From positions 94,101 to 158,100 of the IMG/VR virus record IMGVR_UViG_2706796752_000001: DNA of 64,000 nucleotides. The stretch is one strand, 5' to 3'. The DNA is from a virus. Taxonomy: Duplodnaviria; Caudoviricetes. The notes under the pieces were generated by a model, which worked only from the letters and a program-made list of their open reading frames with translations, was not told where the DNA came from and made no database searches. Below are positions 1 to 10,936 of this stretch, piece after piece. A program made the position numbers and the translations under genes. The stretch's first letter is position 1, and each line of letters starts with the position of its first letter.

Positions 1-2
1 CG

Positions 3-809
3 ATGTTATTCATGACGACATCTGACCCAGCGTTACGTTCTGTGTTAACACTAATTGCATCGTTTGAAACAACGCATAACATCTCATACGAGCACATGAC
101 GAGCTCAGTTATCAGTTTCGAGCGTAAGCAGCAGTACTTCGCTAAAGTACAAGAGTTACCATTGTTGGCTAAACGTAACAGCCATATTATCGCGCAGCTA
201 GAAGATATGTGTGACCTGTTCCGTGACAAGCTGTCGAAAAACGAACCTATTACATTCACAGAAGAGGAAATTCTACGAATCTTTAAAGGATTAGTGGCTT
301 ACCAGATTCTAGAGGGACTATACTTCTCTGGTGGATTCGTGTACTTCCACTCATTAGCACGAGATAACAAAATGATTGAGTCCAACAATATGATTAACTT
401 AATCAAAGCTGATGAGAACCAACATAGTGAGGTATTCGGTTTCGTTATTCAAATCCTAATTAAAGAGAATCCATTCTTAAATACAAAAGAGAATATGGAT
501 TGGGCTTTGTCATTCATTCAAACGGCAGTAGAGCTAGAGAAAGATTGGACAGAGTGGTTATACAAAGATATTGACACAATGTCAATCGATGAGTACCACA
601 ACTACGCCGAGTATCTAGCAAACTTAATTTGCCGCAATGCAGGTATGCAGGAGCCATTCCCAGACAATGGTGAGTTACGAGCTAAATGGATTGTAACGTA
701 TGGTTCTAAGATGTCTGGTAGCAACGAGATTGCATCTAAGGTAGATTTCCTACAGGGTAACGCTATCGGATACAAACACAAGTCAGAAGAGGAAGAGATG
801 GACTTCTAA
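3..809 (+). CDS. nrdF: Ribonucleotide reductase class I beta (small) subunit, 5'-truncated by the window
   Basis: Di-metal ligand motifs ETTHNISY, ILEGLYFSGGF and DENQH; followed by an NrdI-like gene. Confidence 0.92.
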   Translation: MLFMTTSDPALRSVLTLIASFETTHNISYEHMTSSVISFERKQQYFAKVQELPLLAKRNSHIIAQLEDMCDLFRDKLSKNEPITFTEEEILRIFKGLVAYQILEGLYFSGGFVYFHSLARDNKMIESNNMINLIKADENQHSEVFGFVIQILIKENPFLNTKENMDWALSFIQTAVELEKDWTEWLYKDIDTMSIDEYHNYAEYLANLICRNAGMQEPFPDNGELRAKWIVTYGSKMSGSNEIASKVDFLQGNAIGYKHKSEEEEMDF

Positions 810-1288
810 TGAAGTCTACTCTCTTTTACTACTCTTTAAAAGGTAATACGGTAGGAATATTATCTGAGTTAAGAGAAGAAGAGTTTACGCACATTATAGA
901 TTTAGGATATGATGGTATAACGAAAAGCTTAGTACGAGACTTGATTAAAGAGTCTACTATAATTGTACTGGCAGTACCGACTTATTATCCATCATATCAA
1001 GAGAAACCAGACTTTCCTAAATTTCTACGAAAATATGAAAAAGAACTCTTGCAAATTAGAGATAAACATGTTATAGTAGTAGGTAGTGGTAGAAGTGAGT
1101 ACAAACATTTCTGTGGCTCAGTAGATTTCTTCAGACAACACTATGTTAAAGCAAACTATGTGAAGACATTTAAGTTTGAAGGATATCCTAGAGCGAAAGA
1201 GATATCTCAGTTTACTAGATTATATAGAGAAGAGGTAAAGGAGGTTACCAATGGCAAAGGTACACAAAGTCTTAATGTACGTGACTGA
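809..1288 (+). CDS. Flavodoxin / NrdI-like protein
   Basis: YYSLKGNT FMN loop, VPTY and GSGRSEYKHFCGS motifs; adjacent to RNR beta. Confidence 0.8.
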   Translation: MKSTLFYYSLKGNTVGILSELREEEFTHIIDLGYDGITKSLVRDLIKESTIIVLAVPTYYPSYQEKPDFPKFLRKYEKELLQIRDKHVIVVGSGRSEYKHFCGSVDFFRQHYVKANYVKTFKFEGYPRAKEISQFTRLYREEVKEVTNGKGTQSLNVRD

Positions 1289-1878
1289 TTACGAAGAGTT
1301 CAGTGCAGAGCAAGTAGCTCAAGAAATAAAACGAACGTTACAACGCTCAGAGTTCTCAGTTCTAATAGAGCGTCATGAGGAGTCACCGCCGTTCGAGTGG
1401 GACGATGACCTTAAGATTAACTACGCAGACGAGACAGCAGAAGACTACGAAAACATTATGAAGGGGAGACCAGAATATGACAGAACATAAATTTACAGAA
1501 GTAGAGGCAGCACGCGTAATGAAAATCGTAGTAGGTGATAAAGCAGGTGCTTTCCCTATGGAAGACGAAATCTTGATGACATCTATCCTTAACGATGTAT
1601 TAACGAAAGATACAGTGAACGAGACGAAGGATGTAATCACAAAGACAGAAGAGATTCTGCGACGTTTACATGTAGCGCTGCAAGAAAAGAAACTAGCTAA
1701 TAAAGTTAAAGAAGAAGTGGACAAGCTTGTAGACGCTATTAACACGTTGTATCCGGAAGAGTCACGTCACTATCGTGTAGATGCAGTACGTAAAGCCGGA
1801 TTCAAAACCGCCGAGTTTAAAGTCCATAAGCATGACATTCTAGTTAATCAATTCAAGAAATATCTGGAGGTAAAATAA
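1251..1878 (+). CDS. Two hypothetical proteins (1251-1490, 1477-1878)
   Basis: ORFs with strong RBS (GAGG, GGGGAG) and translational coupling. Confidence 0.7.
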
Positions 1879-2146
1879 TGAAAAAGTTAATCAAATTATA
1901 CACAACACCATGCGCACCATGCCAAGCGGTAGGTAATTACTAGAGAACGAATTAGAAGTTGAGCATCACTCAGTCCACGTAGAGGAGCATCCGGAAGTTG
2001 CAGCACATTATGAACTAGCTTCAGTTCCGACTGTTATCCTTGTCGAAGTGGAAAACGAAGAAGATGTTATTGGAACAGAGATTAAACGCTCAATGAAATT
2101 CGTCCCAGACGAGTTAGATGAGTTAGCGGAATTACTAGTAAAATAA
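1878..2146 (+). pseudogene. Thioredoxin-like protein broken by a -1 frameshift (or sequencing error)
   Basis: ATG 1878 gives MKKLIKLYTTPCAPCQAVGNY then TAG 1941-1943; the -1 frame from 1940 continues LENELEVEHHSVHVEEHPEVAAHYELASVPTVILV...LLVK to TAA 2144-2146 (CxxC plus cis-Pro SVPT motifs). Missing from the ORF track. Confidence 0.85.
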
Positions 2147-2172
2147 AACTATAAAACAACGGAGGGTTTATT

Positions 2173-3393
2173 ATGACAAACACATTAACTAAACAAGAGG
2201 CACAGGAAAAGTTACAGGAGCGCATCGAGGCGAACCTAGCAGAAGGCGGAGATTACGGATTCGGTAAAGTTGCTGCATTCCGTAAATCGAAAGAAATCGT
2301 ATCTGCAATTAAGGAGAACAACACAGTTGTTGCAGGACCAACAAAAGCGTTCGTAGAAGAGATTGCATCTCTAGCATTTAACGGTAAGGTTGATGAAGAG
2401 CAGCTACAAGACATCATTAACGAGGAGTTCGCTAAATATGAAGTGCAATAACAAGTATTGTTGCTTCCAAGCATTCGATAGTTGTTGTCATGAGAGTGAG
2501 GAGGGGTTCGATAATGCAACCCCTAACCAGCTCGATTGTCCGTCTTCGGTACGAGAAGATTTAGAGAACGAGTTATATGAATATGCAACGTATCTACAAG
2601 ACCATTTCGACGACTTGAAGCCTAGATATCAAGCGCATATGACGAGATTCATCTTAGAGCAAAGACACAGTAAGACGAAAATAGATATCTTGCTAGATAC
2701 ATTCTCTCGTAAAACAAACTTTAATATGTCGACACAAATGCGAACATTATCCGAGTTAGTTGAAATTAAGAAGCAAATGGATAAGCTGGAGGAGAATATT
2801 TAATGCTTAGGTCATTAGACACGCAGTACGTAACTATTGTGATAACAAACGATAAAGGGAAAAACAGAGTTGGCACCTACACATTAGAAAACTTACTTCA
2901 TACAACAGAAGAAGAGTTAGTCGAGGAGCTAACACAATGTGATTGCCAACCAGTAGGGGAGAGTTACCATGTTGAATGCAATTGCGAAGATGAGTGGGAA
3001 GATTTCAAACTTAGCGTCGAACTCTAATGACTTCACAGTCAGTATAGGAGAGTATGTAATCGTTAGTTCTTCTAAGGAAGGTCAGAACGCGCTAGTAGCA
3101 TTAACGATGAGTGCGAAGGTAGAGATGATTAAGGTTAACGACTGTACAGTAGGGAATCTAGAGAAGATGATTAAAGTAGCGAAAGACACATTAGTTAATC
3201 ATCTAGTAAAAGAGAAAGAGAGTTTATATCGATGAACACTTATTCTGTATCTTACGTAACAGCTGATAACAAACGACGATATGCTAGTTTGGATGCGAAG
3301 AACCTAGCAATGCTAGAACAGATTATCCATCGTATCCAATATACAAAACAAGATATGATTATCACGTCAATCGTGCTAACTGGAATGAGATAG
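2173..3393 (+). CDS. Five small hypothetical proteins (2173-2451, ~2438-2803, 2803-3027, 2969-3235, 3232-3393)
   Basis: Coupled ORFs with RBS; 3232-3393 (53 aa) read manually. Confidence 0.6.
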
Positions 3394-3417
3394 AGTCCCT
3401 AAAAAGGACTCTATTTT
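3391..3417 (+). terminator. Rho-independent terminator
   Basis: TAGAGTCC-loop-GGACTCTA followed by TTTT. Confidence 0.7.
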
Positions 3418-3473
3418 GTTGTACTTTTTATGTTGTGCTATACTAATAGTATAGACAAATAGGAGGTCATCAT

Positions 3474-4244
3474 ATGGCAAAGAACGTGAGAAAAAGAACA
3501 GTTAACATCCATAACTCGGACCGAAGTGTTAACGCTAACTATACAACAGTAGAAAAAGAAGCAGAAGGTATCAAGGTGACTGCGCTAAATGCAGAAGAGC
3601 TTTACCGTACGCTAGGTGAACTAAAAGATGAATCATCAATCATTACTGAACGAGACGAGAATAAATACCTTGTATACCAGCAAAGATACGGTGACGATAC
3701 GTTAAACAATCTAGTATTCGACCACGGTGGATTCATCCAATATTATGTAACAGGTAAAGCAAGCGTACATGTAATTAATAAACTAGCAGGTGTTCCAGAA
3801 TCGGAGATTATCTATGGACCGAAGAAAGAATACACAGCAGATGAAGTAGAGAATGTTAGATTGGCTTCTATGGCTACTAGCACGGTCGTAGACGCGCCTA
3901 TCGTTCTTCCGGATATAAATGTGTACGATTATCTGTTTAGCCTTCACAGCCTACGATATCATGTCGATAAGGTACGTATTAGTTTCCCAGCTCTAGAAGC
4001 TGAAGAAATTACAGAAGAGCGTAGTAAATACTATGAAGAGCGCGGTGGTAAGTTCTACGTGCTACCGGAATACAAATATAAATGTTTCTGCCATCTTCAA
4101 GAGCCATTATCAACTTGGAAGATGAATATCTGGATTGTTTGTGATGATGCATTTGATGCTAACGAGGTCGAGTGTCTAGTAGATACAAAAAATCGTAAGT
4201 TCAAGTACAATCATAATGTCACAATTCTGGATGGTGTGAAATGA
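3474..4244 (+). CDS. Conserved-looking phage hypothetical protein preceding the HU-like gene
   Basis: 256 aa ORF, AGGAGG RBS. Confidence 0.6.
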   Translation: MAKNVRKRTVNIHNSDRSVNANYTTVEKEAEGIKVTALNAEELYRTLGELKDESSIITERDENKYLVYQQRYGDDTLNNLVFDHGGFIQYYVTGKASVHVINKLAGVPESEIIYGPKKEYTADEVENVRLASMATSTVVDAPIVLPDINVYDYLFSLHSLRYHVDKVRISFPALEAEEITEERSKYYEERGGKFYVLPEYKYKCFCHLQEPLSTWKMNIWIVCDDAFDANEVECLVDTKNRKFKYNHNVTILDGVK

Positions 4245-4567
4245 GTAATCTAGTAAATCGACAAGAATTAGCTCGACGTATTGCCTATAACGGTGGGTAT
4301 ACATTAGGGGATATGGACGATGTACTTAAATTACTAGAGGATGTTATCGAAGATGCATTACTAAGTGGTGAGAAAGTTAAACTAGGTAAAACCCTTACGT
4401 TAGATATGGTTAAGCTGCCGAAGAAGAAATGTTGGGACCAGCTGAACGAAAGATATGTAACACGAGAAGAGACGTACGTAGTGAAGGCACAGCTACTTAA
4501 GAAACTGGAATCTATTAGAATACCTGCGAAGGAGTGGAAACATGAACGTAATGAAAAAGATAGTTGA
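4241..4567 (+). CDS. HU/IHF-family (TF1-like) DNA-binding protein
   Basis: NRQELARRIA...VIEDALLSGEKVKLG plus beta-arm pattern; upstream of DNA polymerase as in SPO1/K-like phages. Confidence 0.8.
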   Translation: MSNLVNRQELARRIAYNGGYTLGDMDDVLKLLEDVIEDALLSGEKVKLGKTLTLDMVKLPKKKCWDQLNERYVTREETYVVKAQLLKKLESIRIPAKEWKHERNEKDS

Positions 4568-4775
4568 TATGTTTTTCGGTGGAGATAAGCAGAAAAGGAA
4601 ACAAACTTGTGAGGTATTTTGCCCTAGCTGTAGCGCTGGTATGATTAAGGAAGAAAGTAAAGTTAGATATATTGAGAGTGAACGTTACTATAGATTCATA
4701 TGTAGACCTTGTGGTAAGCGGTCTGTATGGGATTTCGATAACTTCCCTGTCCCTATTTTTATTAGAGAAGAATAA
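4542..4775 (+). CDS. Small Zn-ribbon protein
   Basis: CPSC...CRPC. Confidence 0.6.
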   Translation: MNVMKKIVDMFFGGDKQKRKQTCEVFCPSCSAGMIKEESKVRYIESERYYRFICRPCGKRSVWDFDNFPVPIFIREE

Positions 4776-4830
4776 TCTTCTCTTTTTTTTTATTTTAGGG
4801 GTTGTACTTACTAGAAACATATGGTAAGAT
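4764..4830 (+). promoter_or_regulatory. Terminator followed by a sigma-A-type promoter
   Basis: AGAGAAGA/TCTTCTCT hairpin plus T-run; TTGTAC(4802)-17-TAAGAT(4825) with extended TG. Confidence 0.65.
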
Positions 4831-4862
4831 AAAGACAGTTAAGAAAGAGGGGGGCGTTACAA

Positions 4863-5360
4863 ATGAGTGAAACAGTTAGAAATAATGAATTTTACAAAGC
4901 AGCAGCAGACCATCTTATGATTAGTGAACATGAGGACAAATCAACAGGAAAACCATACAGTTTGTATACATTATTCGATGGAGAGTTCGCGATACTACAT
5001 TTTAACAAAAACGACACACTAGTATCAATTGATGTTAAAACTATTATCGATACAGACTTAATTACAGATGAAGAATGGATTCCACTAAAGAGCAATCAAT
5101 ATGTGGGTAACATTATTGAGACATTTAGTAATGTAGGATGTAACGCTACATTTAACGAGATATTGTTGTTAGATAAGACATTCGATTGTAGGCACAATGC
5201 GTATACATCAACGTTCGGTAATAGTGAATCCGTATCATTAAGAAAGTTCATTTCTAGGTTAGAGGAATTACGCGAAGATGATATAAAAAACATATTGAAA
5301 GCAAAATGTTTTAGAACTACGATTACATTAAACGATATCATGTTCTGGGAGGAGAGATAA
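4863..5360 (+). CDS. Hypothetical protein, paralog 1 of a tandem triad
   Basis: C-terminal LRKFISRLEEL..DDIKNIL..K.F motif shared with 5362 and 6074. Confidence 0.7.
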   Translation: MSETVRNNEFYKAAADHLMISEHEDKSTGKPYSLYTLFDGEFAILHFNKNDTLVSIDVKTIIDTDLITDEEWIPLKSNQYVGNIIETFSNVGCNATFNEILLLDKTFDCRHNAYTSTFGNSESVSLRKFISRLEELREDDIKNILKAKCFRTTITLNDIMFWEER

Positions 5361-5361
5361 T

Positions 5362-5856
5362 ATGTACAAGCAAATTAATTTAGGTAGAGTAGTAAAGGGA
5401 CAAGCTTTAGTAGAAATGTTAACAGACTACGTATTTTGCGCGGGAGTAAACGGTAGTCATCACGAGTACTATTACCTGCAAAACGGGGAACTTAGAAAAG
5501 CGAGATTCAACTTGTCAGGTGTTCTGGTTAGTGATTATGCATGCAGCATTTCCTTTAACAACTTGTCTAGTAAGTCTATGAGTGTAGCGGGAGATGTAAG
5601 GAGAGTACCTAAGACATTATCGGAACAAACAGAAGGTACATTCGAGGAGGCTACTAAAAACTATACTGAAGTCAGATGTACGCATACGTACTATACCGCG
5701 GTTTACGGTAATGAGAATGTGACTCTAGCTAAATTCCTAGAAAAATTAACGAATCAATTTACGTCAGACGACATCTCGGAAATCTTAAATAGTAAAACAT
5801 TCTCAATCGGAGTTAATCATCAGCAATTCAAGAAGTTAATTAAGGGGGAGAATTAA
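5362..5856 (+). CDS. Hypothetical protein, paralog 2 of triad
   Basis: LAKFLEKL..DDISEILNSKTF. Confidence 0.7.
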   Translation: MYKQINLGRVVKGQALVEMLTDYVFCAGVNGSHHEYYYLQNGELRKARFNLSGVLVSDYACSISFNNLSSKSMSVAGDVRRVPKTLSEQTEGTFEEATKNYTEVRCTHTYYTAVYGNENVTLAKFLEKLTNQFTSDDISEILNSKTFSIGVNHQQFKKLIKGEN

Positions 5857-6074
5857 TGTTTAGCACATACATCGTAGTTATCCTTACTAAGGACGGTAGA
5901 GAAATTAAAGATAGCGTACGTTTATCGTCGAAAGACATGGGTGAGTATATCGAGAAACGCACCAATACATTTAAAGGTTTGTTAGTATCTGATTACTTTG
6001 CGTTACCTTTAGACACCATTGCTTTTCTATTCTTTGAAGGTGAAGCAAATATTTCCAAGGAGGAGATTAAATAA
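5856..6074 (+). CDS. Hypothetical protein (similar to 6697-7008)
   Basis: GGGGGAG RBS; VILTKDGREIK versus VFQMTSGRVKR. Confidence 0.6.
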   Translation: MFSTYIVVILTKDGREIKDSVRLSSKDMGEYIEKRTNTFKGLLVSDYFALPLDTIAFLFFEGEANISKEEIK

Positions 6075-6556
6075 TGGCAGAAGAATACATGGAGTTACAT
6101 TTCATAGGTTTAGATGTATTACCACACTTAACTAAAGGGTGGTTCCGTAAAGAGGGAACAACAGATGCGTACAGGATTATTGAAGGTAATATCATTCACT
6201 GGGATATGTTAAATAAAGAACAAAAGCACGATAACTCACTACCGTTCGCAGTACTAGCTCAAGGTACATTTGTGTATCAAGATTACAGTGAATCTAAAAA
6301 CTTTAAAGAGATTATCGGTTCTAATAATACATGGTTAATGGAAGAGACAGATATTAAAGGTTTAATGACAGCTGGTAAAAAATTCATTACACTAGAGCAT
6401 GAATTTACTAGATTGTTAGATGTTATTGTACTAAACGTAAATGAAGGGCAAGTTAGACCGATGCTACTTGATGATTTCTTATACGCTATGCATGAACTAG
6501 ATTTAGAAGAAATCCAACAAATCATGGATGAAGCTACATTCTGGAAGGAGATTTAA
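6074..6556 (+). CDS. Hypothetical protein, paralog 3 of triad
   Basis: LDDFLYAMHELDLEEIQQIMDEATF. Confidence 0.65.
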   Translation: MAEEYMELHFIGLDVLPHLTKGWFRKEGTTDAYRIIEGNIIHWDMLNKEQKHDNSLPFAVLAQGTFVYQDYSESKNFKEIIGSNNTWLMEETDIKGLMTAGKKFITLEHEFTRLLDVIVLNVNEGQVRPMLLDDFLYAMHELDLEEIQQIMDEATFWKEI

Positions 6557-6557
6557 T

Positions 6558-7008
6558 ATGGCTTATCCAAAATGTGATGCTTGCGGAATCGACATCTATC
6601 CGGTAATTAAAAGAGTCTTTGGAGGATGCTGCACGGATTGCCGTGACCGTATCGACGCTATGAAAGAGAGACAAAAACTAAAGGAGGAAGAAAATAATGT
6701 TCAGAAAAGAATCAATGACAATCAAACCGTCTAAACCACAACCACAAAATGAGAAGGGAGAGTTAATCACAGTTGTTTTCCAGATGACATCCGGTCGAGT
6801 GAAACGAATCCTTAATGTCGATGTAGACTCATTCGCAAACTTTGCAGAACGAAATAACAACTATAACTGGATTACATTCAACGACATCTCAGTAAATCTA
6901 CGAAATGTAGACTTTTATTGGAAAGAACTACAAGATGGTAGATTAGACCCTAATAAACCTATGAAAGTAGTACAAGTAGAAGAAGATAAAGAGGAAGCAG
7001 GGGAGTAG
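6558..7008 (+). CDS. Small Zn-finger protein (6558-6734) and hypothetical protein (6697-7008)
   Basis: CDAC...CCTDC; RBS-supported starts. Confidence 0.6.
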
Positions 7009-7054
7009 TCCCTTGCTTTTTTCTATTGACAAAAGTATGATAGTATGGTATTAT
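6996..7054 (+). promoter_or_regulatory. Terminator plus sigma-A promoter of the DNA polymerase gene
   Basis: AAGCAGGGGA/TCCCTTGCTT hairpin plus T-run; TTGACA(7026)-17-TATTAT(7049). Confidence 0.75.
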
Positions 7055-7074
7055 TCTAGTAAGGAGGAGATATA

Positions 7075-9186
7075 ATGAAAATAATGTTTGCGCTAGACCA
7101 CATCCGCGAAGAGCACTTCAAACAGAAGCGCGGAACAAACGAACTAGAGTTTAACTATCACAACACTGAAGCAGGGAAAACACTAGCAGCTCTGGTAGGT
7201 AAGAAAGGTTTAAACCTTAAACAAGACCAATGGTATATCGATTACGCGTTTAAACGGGTCCCTAAGGTCCGTACACGTAATAGAAATAAGAAAGCAGTAT
7301 CATACGTACCAGTAACGCAGAAAGAAGCAAACCCGTTATATGAAGAGTTCTCAGCTCGTGTTATTAAAGACAAACCAGATGTTATTGTTCCGATGGGTAA
7401 TATGTCGTGTAAGGCTACAATAGGAAAGTCAGAGATTTCTAAACTTCGGGGTGTGCCTAGACGAGAGATTATCACATCTAAATTAACAGATGAAACACAT
7501 GAGTGTTGGATTCTTCCTACTTATTCTATGGAGTATTTACTGTTCCAGCCTAAGATTACTAACTTAGTAGTGGCAGATATGGGTATCTTAAAGAAATATG
7601 TAGAGGACGGTTACTCCGCGTTTATGCCTAAGAAAGTAGAATACGAGGACGTTACCACAATTGCACGTGTACGTGAGATATTTACGAAAGAGATTGTTAA
7701 CGCTCCTGTAGTTGCATGGGATTTAGAGACTAATACACTAAGTGCAGAGAAAGTAGGAGCTAAACCTTTATGTATTAGTTTATCGTGGCGTGAGGGACAA
7801 GGTGTCACCATCCCATTGCAGCATAAGTGTTTCACTTGGAATCTAGGAGAGTTAGCTGAGATTTATAAATTCGTAGAAGAGTTCGTAGGCTCCAAGCAGA
7901 TTAAAGTCGGACATAATATTAAGTTCGATATTCGCTTCCTTCGTTTAACTAGAAACATCACTGTGTTTAATAATAACCGAGATACACAGGTTATGTACTG
8001 GCTACTAGTCAACCAAGAAGTAAAAGACTCTTTACGACTATCAGACCTAACATATGAATTTACAGATATGGGTGGATATGATAGAGAGCTAGAAGACTTC
8101 AAGGAGAACTTTAAGAAGAATGCACTTGCAGAAGACAAGAAGCGTATCGACAAACTTAAAGATGAATGGAAAGAGCAATGTACACTTGACCGTGCAGAAG
8201 CTAACGCACAGATTAAAGAGTTAAAAGAAATAGTAAAAGTACTCAAGAAACAGAATACAGCTTACAAGAAAGATATGGGTACAAAAGAGGACAACCCGAC
8301 CATCATGGAGCAGATTGGCGAGCTTCTGTTAAAGCAGCAGGATTTAAAATATGTTAAGCCTAAGATGCCTGATTTCGGCACACCGCAGAGTCCACGTAAT
8401 GAAATTGATGGTAGTGACTTTAACTATGAATGGATTCCTTTCTTTGAGATGCTAAGTCCATACGCAGCAGGTGACGTTGATGTGTGTTTACGTATCTACA
8501 ACGCGCTAGATAAACGAGCACACGATGAAGGGTTAACGAAGAAGATTGACCTATACTCGAATCACTACGTAGAACTAACTAACGTATTAGCTAAATTAGA
8601 GGCTACTGGCGTCCAGCTAGACATCCCTTACGTGAAACATATGGCTGAGATATACATCGCAGAAGAACAGCGCTTAATCGAGCTTATACGCACATATAAA
8701 ACGTCGAAGGATGTTGAAGCTTACAAAGAAGAGTTGTACCAGATGGGTGTAGAGGAGTTCGCTAAGCCAAAAGCAGAACGTGACCCAGAAACTGAGAAGT
8801 TGCGAACTAAACTTATGGACCCAGAGAAACGAAAGTTTAATCCAGCATCCTCAGATGACAAACAACGTGCATGGTACCTTATCAATGGGGTACAGCTACC
8901 ATTTAACCGAGAGTACCTTACAGATACGGCTCTAAATAACAACATCACAGAGCATGAAGCAGAATGGTATCACTTTAAAGCAGATAAGACAGCGTTCGAG
9001 TACATTAAGGACAACTATCCAGAGCATAAAGAACTTGCAGAGATTTACCTAGAGTACTCTTTAGTTAAAACTCGTAAACAATCATTCACTTACAAGTTCT
9101 TAGAAATGGTAGATGCGGATGGACGATTACACGGACGATTTAACCCAACAGGTACAGCAACATCACGTTTAAGCTCGGCTGGTCCT
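7075..9186 (+). CDS. DNA polymerase family A, exon 1 (UDG-like N-terminal domain, 3'-5' exonuclease, start of polymerase domain)
   Basis: WDLETN (ExoI), GHNIKFD (ExoII), YAAGD (ExoIII), GTATSRLSSAGP ending exactly at the 5' splice site; 704 codons. Confidence 0.93.
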
Positions 9187-9425
9187 AAACAGGTTGGGAC
9201 CAGAATAATCAACTCCGTGAATTGCTGGAAACCCCTAACGTAAAGCCGAGGGCAATCAGCCGCCAAGGCACACAGGAATGTGTGCAAGGTTCAGAGACTA
9301 GGGTATGGAGTCCAGAACGGACGGTAAAACCCCACGAGCGCGGAGCACCACAAGGTGAAGATATAGTCCAAACTATATGGAAACATGTAGAGGTGAGGAT
9401 AAAGAGCCTCATGTTAATACAAAAG
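9187..9425 (+). mobile_element. Group I self-splicing intron (IA-type), 239 nt, no homing endonuclease ORF
   Basis: P1 GGUCCU|..GGGACC with U-G at the splice site; P AAUUGCUGGAAA 9220, Q AAUCAGC 9254, R GUUCAGAGACUA 9289, S AAGAUAUAGUCC 9358; terminal G9425. Removal joins SSAGP to NLQNLP in frame. Confidence 0.95.
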
Positions 9426-10415
9426 AACCTGCAAAACCTACCTCGTAAGTCCGGTGATATTACTCGATTCGATTATATCAACCCGATTAAACGAGAGTTC
9501 GTTACATCATTCGATGGCGGAGCATTAATCCAGCTCGATTACAGTGCCTTAGAGTCTCGTATTCTAGCGTTAGATTCTGGTGACTATGAAATGATTAAGT
9601 CGTTCATTGAAGGTGCTGATATTCATAAAGAGACAGCGGCATTAACATTTAAAAAGCTTATCGATGAAATCACAGATGATGAACGTACAAAAGCAAAAGC
9701 CGTATCGTTCGGTGTAGTATATGGTGAGGTACCGATGTCCTTCGCGCCGAAGTGGGACATGACATTAGAAGAAGCAGAGCAGCTATTTAAAGACTTCTTC
9801 GCAGGGAAACCAACTGTAGAAGCGTACATTGAAGGTAACAAGCAGTTTGTACGTGACCATGGATATATCGAAACGAAACAAGGATTTACTCGTAACCTTC
9901 GAGATATATTCTCTAAAGATAAAGGTAAACAGAACGAGGCACTTCGTCAATCGAACAATACACGTGTACAGGGTACTGGTGCATTCTTAACAAACTCTTC
10001 AGTTATCCTAATCAACAAGATTATCGAGAAGCTAAACTTACGTTCTCGTATCGTTATGACAGTACATGATAGTATCGTAATCGATTGCCCACCAGAAGAG
10101 ATTAAACAAATGGCTAAGATTGGTGTTCACGTAATGGAAAACTTACCTATCGACTGGTTATACATCGATTGGGAAGGGAAACGTACTAGATTCCCAGTAA
10201 CAGCTGATGCAGAGATTGGTATCACTTACAATGACATGGTAGATTACGATGCAGAAGACCTATCTACTTTCGCTACAGTTAAAGGCTACTGTGACTATCA
10301 CATGAAAAAGAAACACTTGAAAAACTGTAAGAACTGTGGTAAGTTAACAGAAGAGAAGTATGAAGAGTTTATTAATCTTATGGAGGCGAATAAAGATGCA
10401 TACAGAAAACGTTAA
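9426..10415 (+). CDS. DNA polymerase family A, exon 2 (spliced product about 1033 aa)
   Basis: NLQNLP, motif A DYSALESR, motif B RTKAKAVSFGVVYG, motif C TVHDS. Confidence 0.95.
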   Translation, partial: NLQNLPRKSGDITRFDYINPIKREFVTSFDGGALIQLDYSALESRILALDSGDYEMIKSFIEGADIHKETAALTFKKLIDEITDDERTKAKAVSFGVVYGEVPMSFAPKWDMTLEEAEQLFKDFFAGKPTVEAYIEGNKQFVRDHGYIETKQGFTRNLRDIFSKDKGKQNEALRQSNNTRVQGTGAFLTNSSVILINKIIEKLNLRSRIVMTVHDSIVIDCPPEEIKQMAKIGVHVMENLPIDWLYIDWEGKRTRFPVTADAEIGITYNDMVDYDAEDLSTFATVKGYCDYHMKKKHLKNCKNCGKLTEEKYEEFINLMEANKDAYRKR

Positions 10416-10936
10416 TCACTTGAGAAACTTAACAGAGTACGCACAACAATTGTTAACGAACAATGTACAAGAGATGGATTGGGAATACTTAGCACGTCTT
10501 ACCTCTCTATCTAAGAAGTTAACGGAACAGTTAGAGACAGAACTAGCAATACGAATGAAGGAAGGAGCGTGGGGAAACAGATGGGTAAGATAGAGGAACT
10601 TATTAAATTATTAGGACAGACTAAGAAATTAGACATATACCAAGCGGACTGGGATGACTTACTAGACCTAGACCACTTATTAAGACGGTTAGTCGAAATG
10701 ACAGAGGGAGAGATAGAGGTTAGAATGGGATGAAAATCATTGATTTTATCAAGCGTCAATTTTGTAAGCATACACATACTACCGAAACATCGCGTACAAT
10801 CCACTCCGAGCGTGTTGGGGATGATAATCGCGTGTATCATTTAGTAGGTACGACATGTAAGAATTGTAACGCAACAGAGTATCACGGAGAAACAGTTAAA
10901 TGGGAATATGGCTACTACGTAGAAGAAGAGAAATAA
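10360..10936 (+). CDS. Three small hypothetical proteins (~10397-10593, 10581-10733, 10730-10936)
   Basis: Coupled ORFs; the first two share a DW..L..L..L...L pattern; the third has C/H Zn ligands. Confidence 0.55.

Noticed and set aside
9222-9425. N-terminal 68 aa of ORF 9222-10415 and the tail of ORF 7075-9243 as real protein, or as an intron-encoded endonuclease
   Set aside because: These are translations of intron RNA; there are no HNH, GIY-YIG or LAGLIDADG motifs, and splicing restores the PolA motif.
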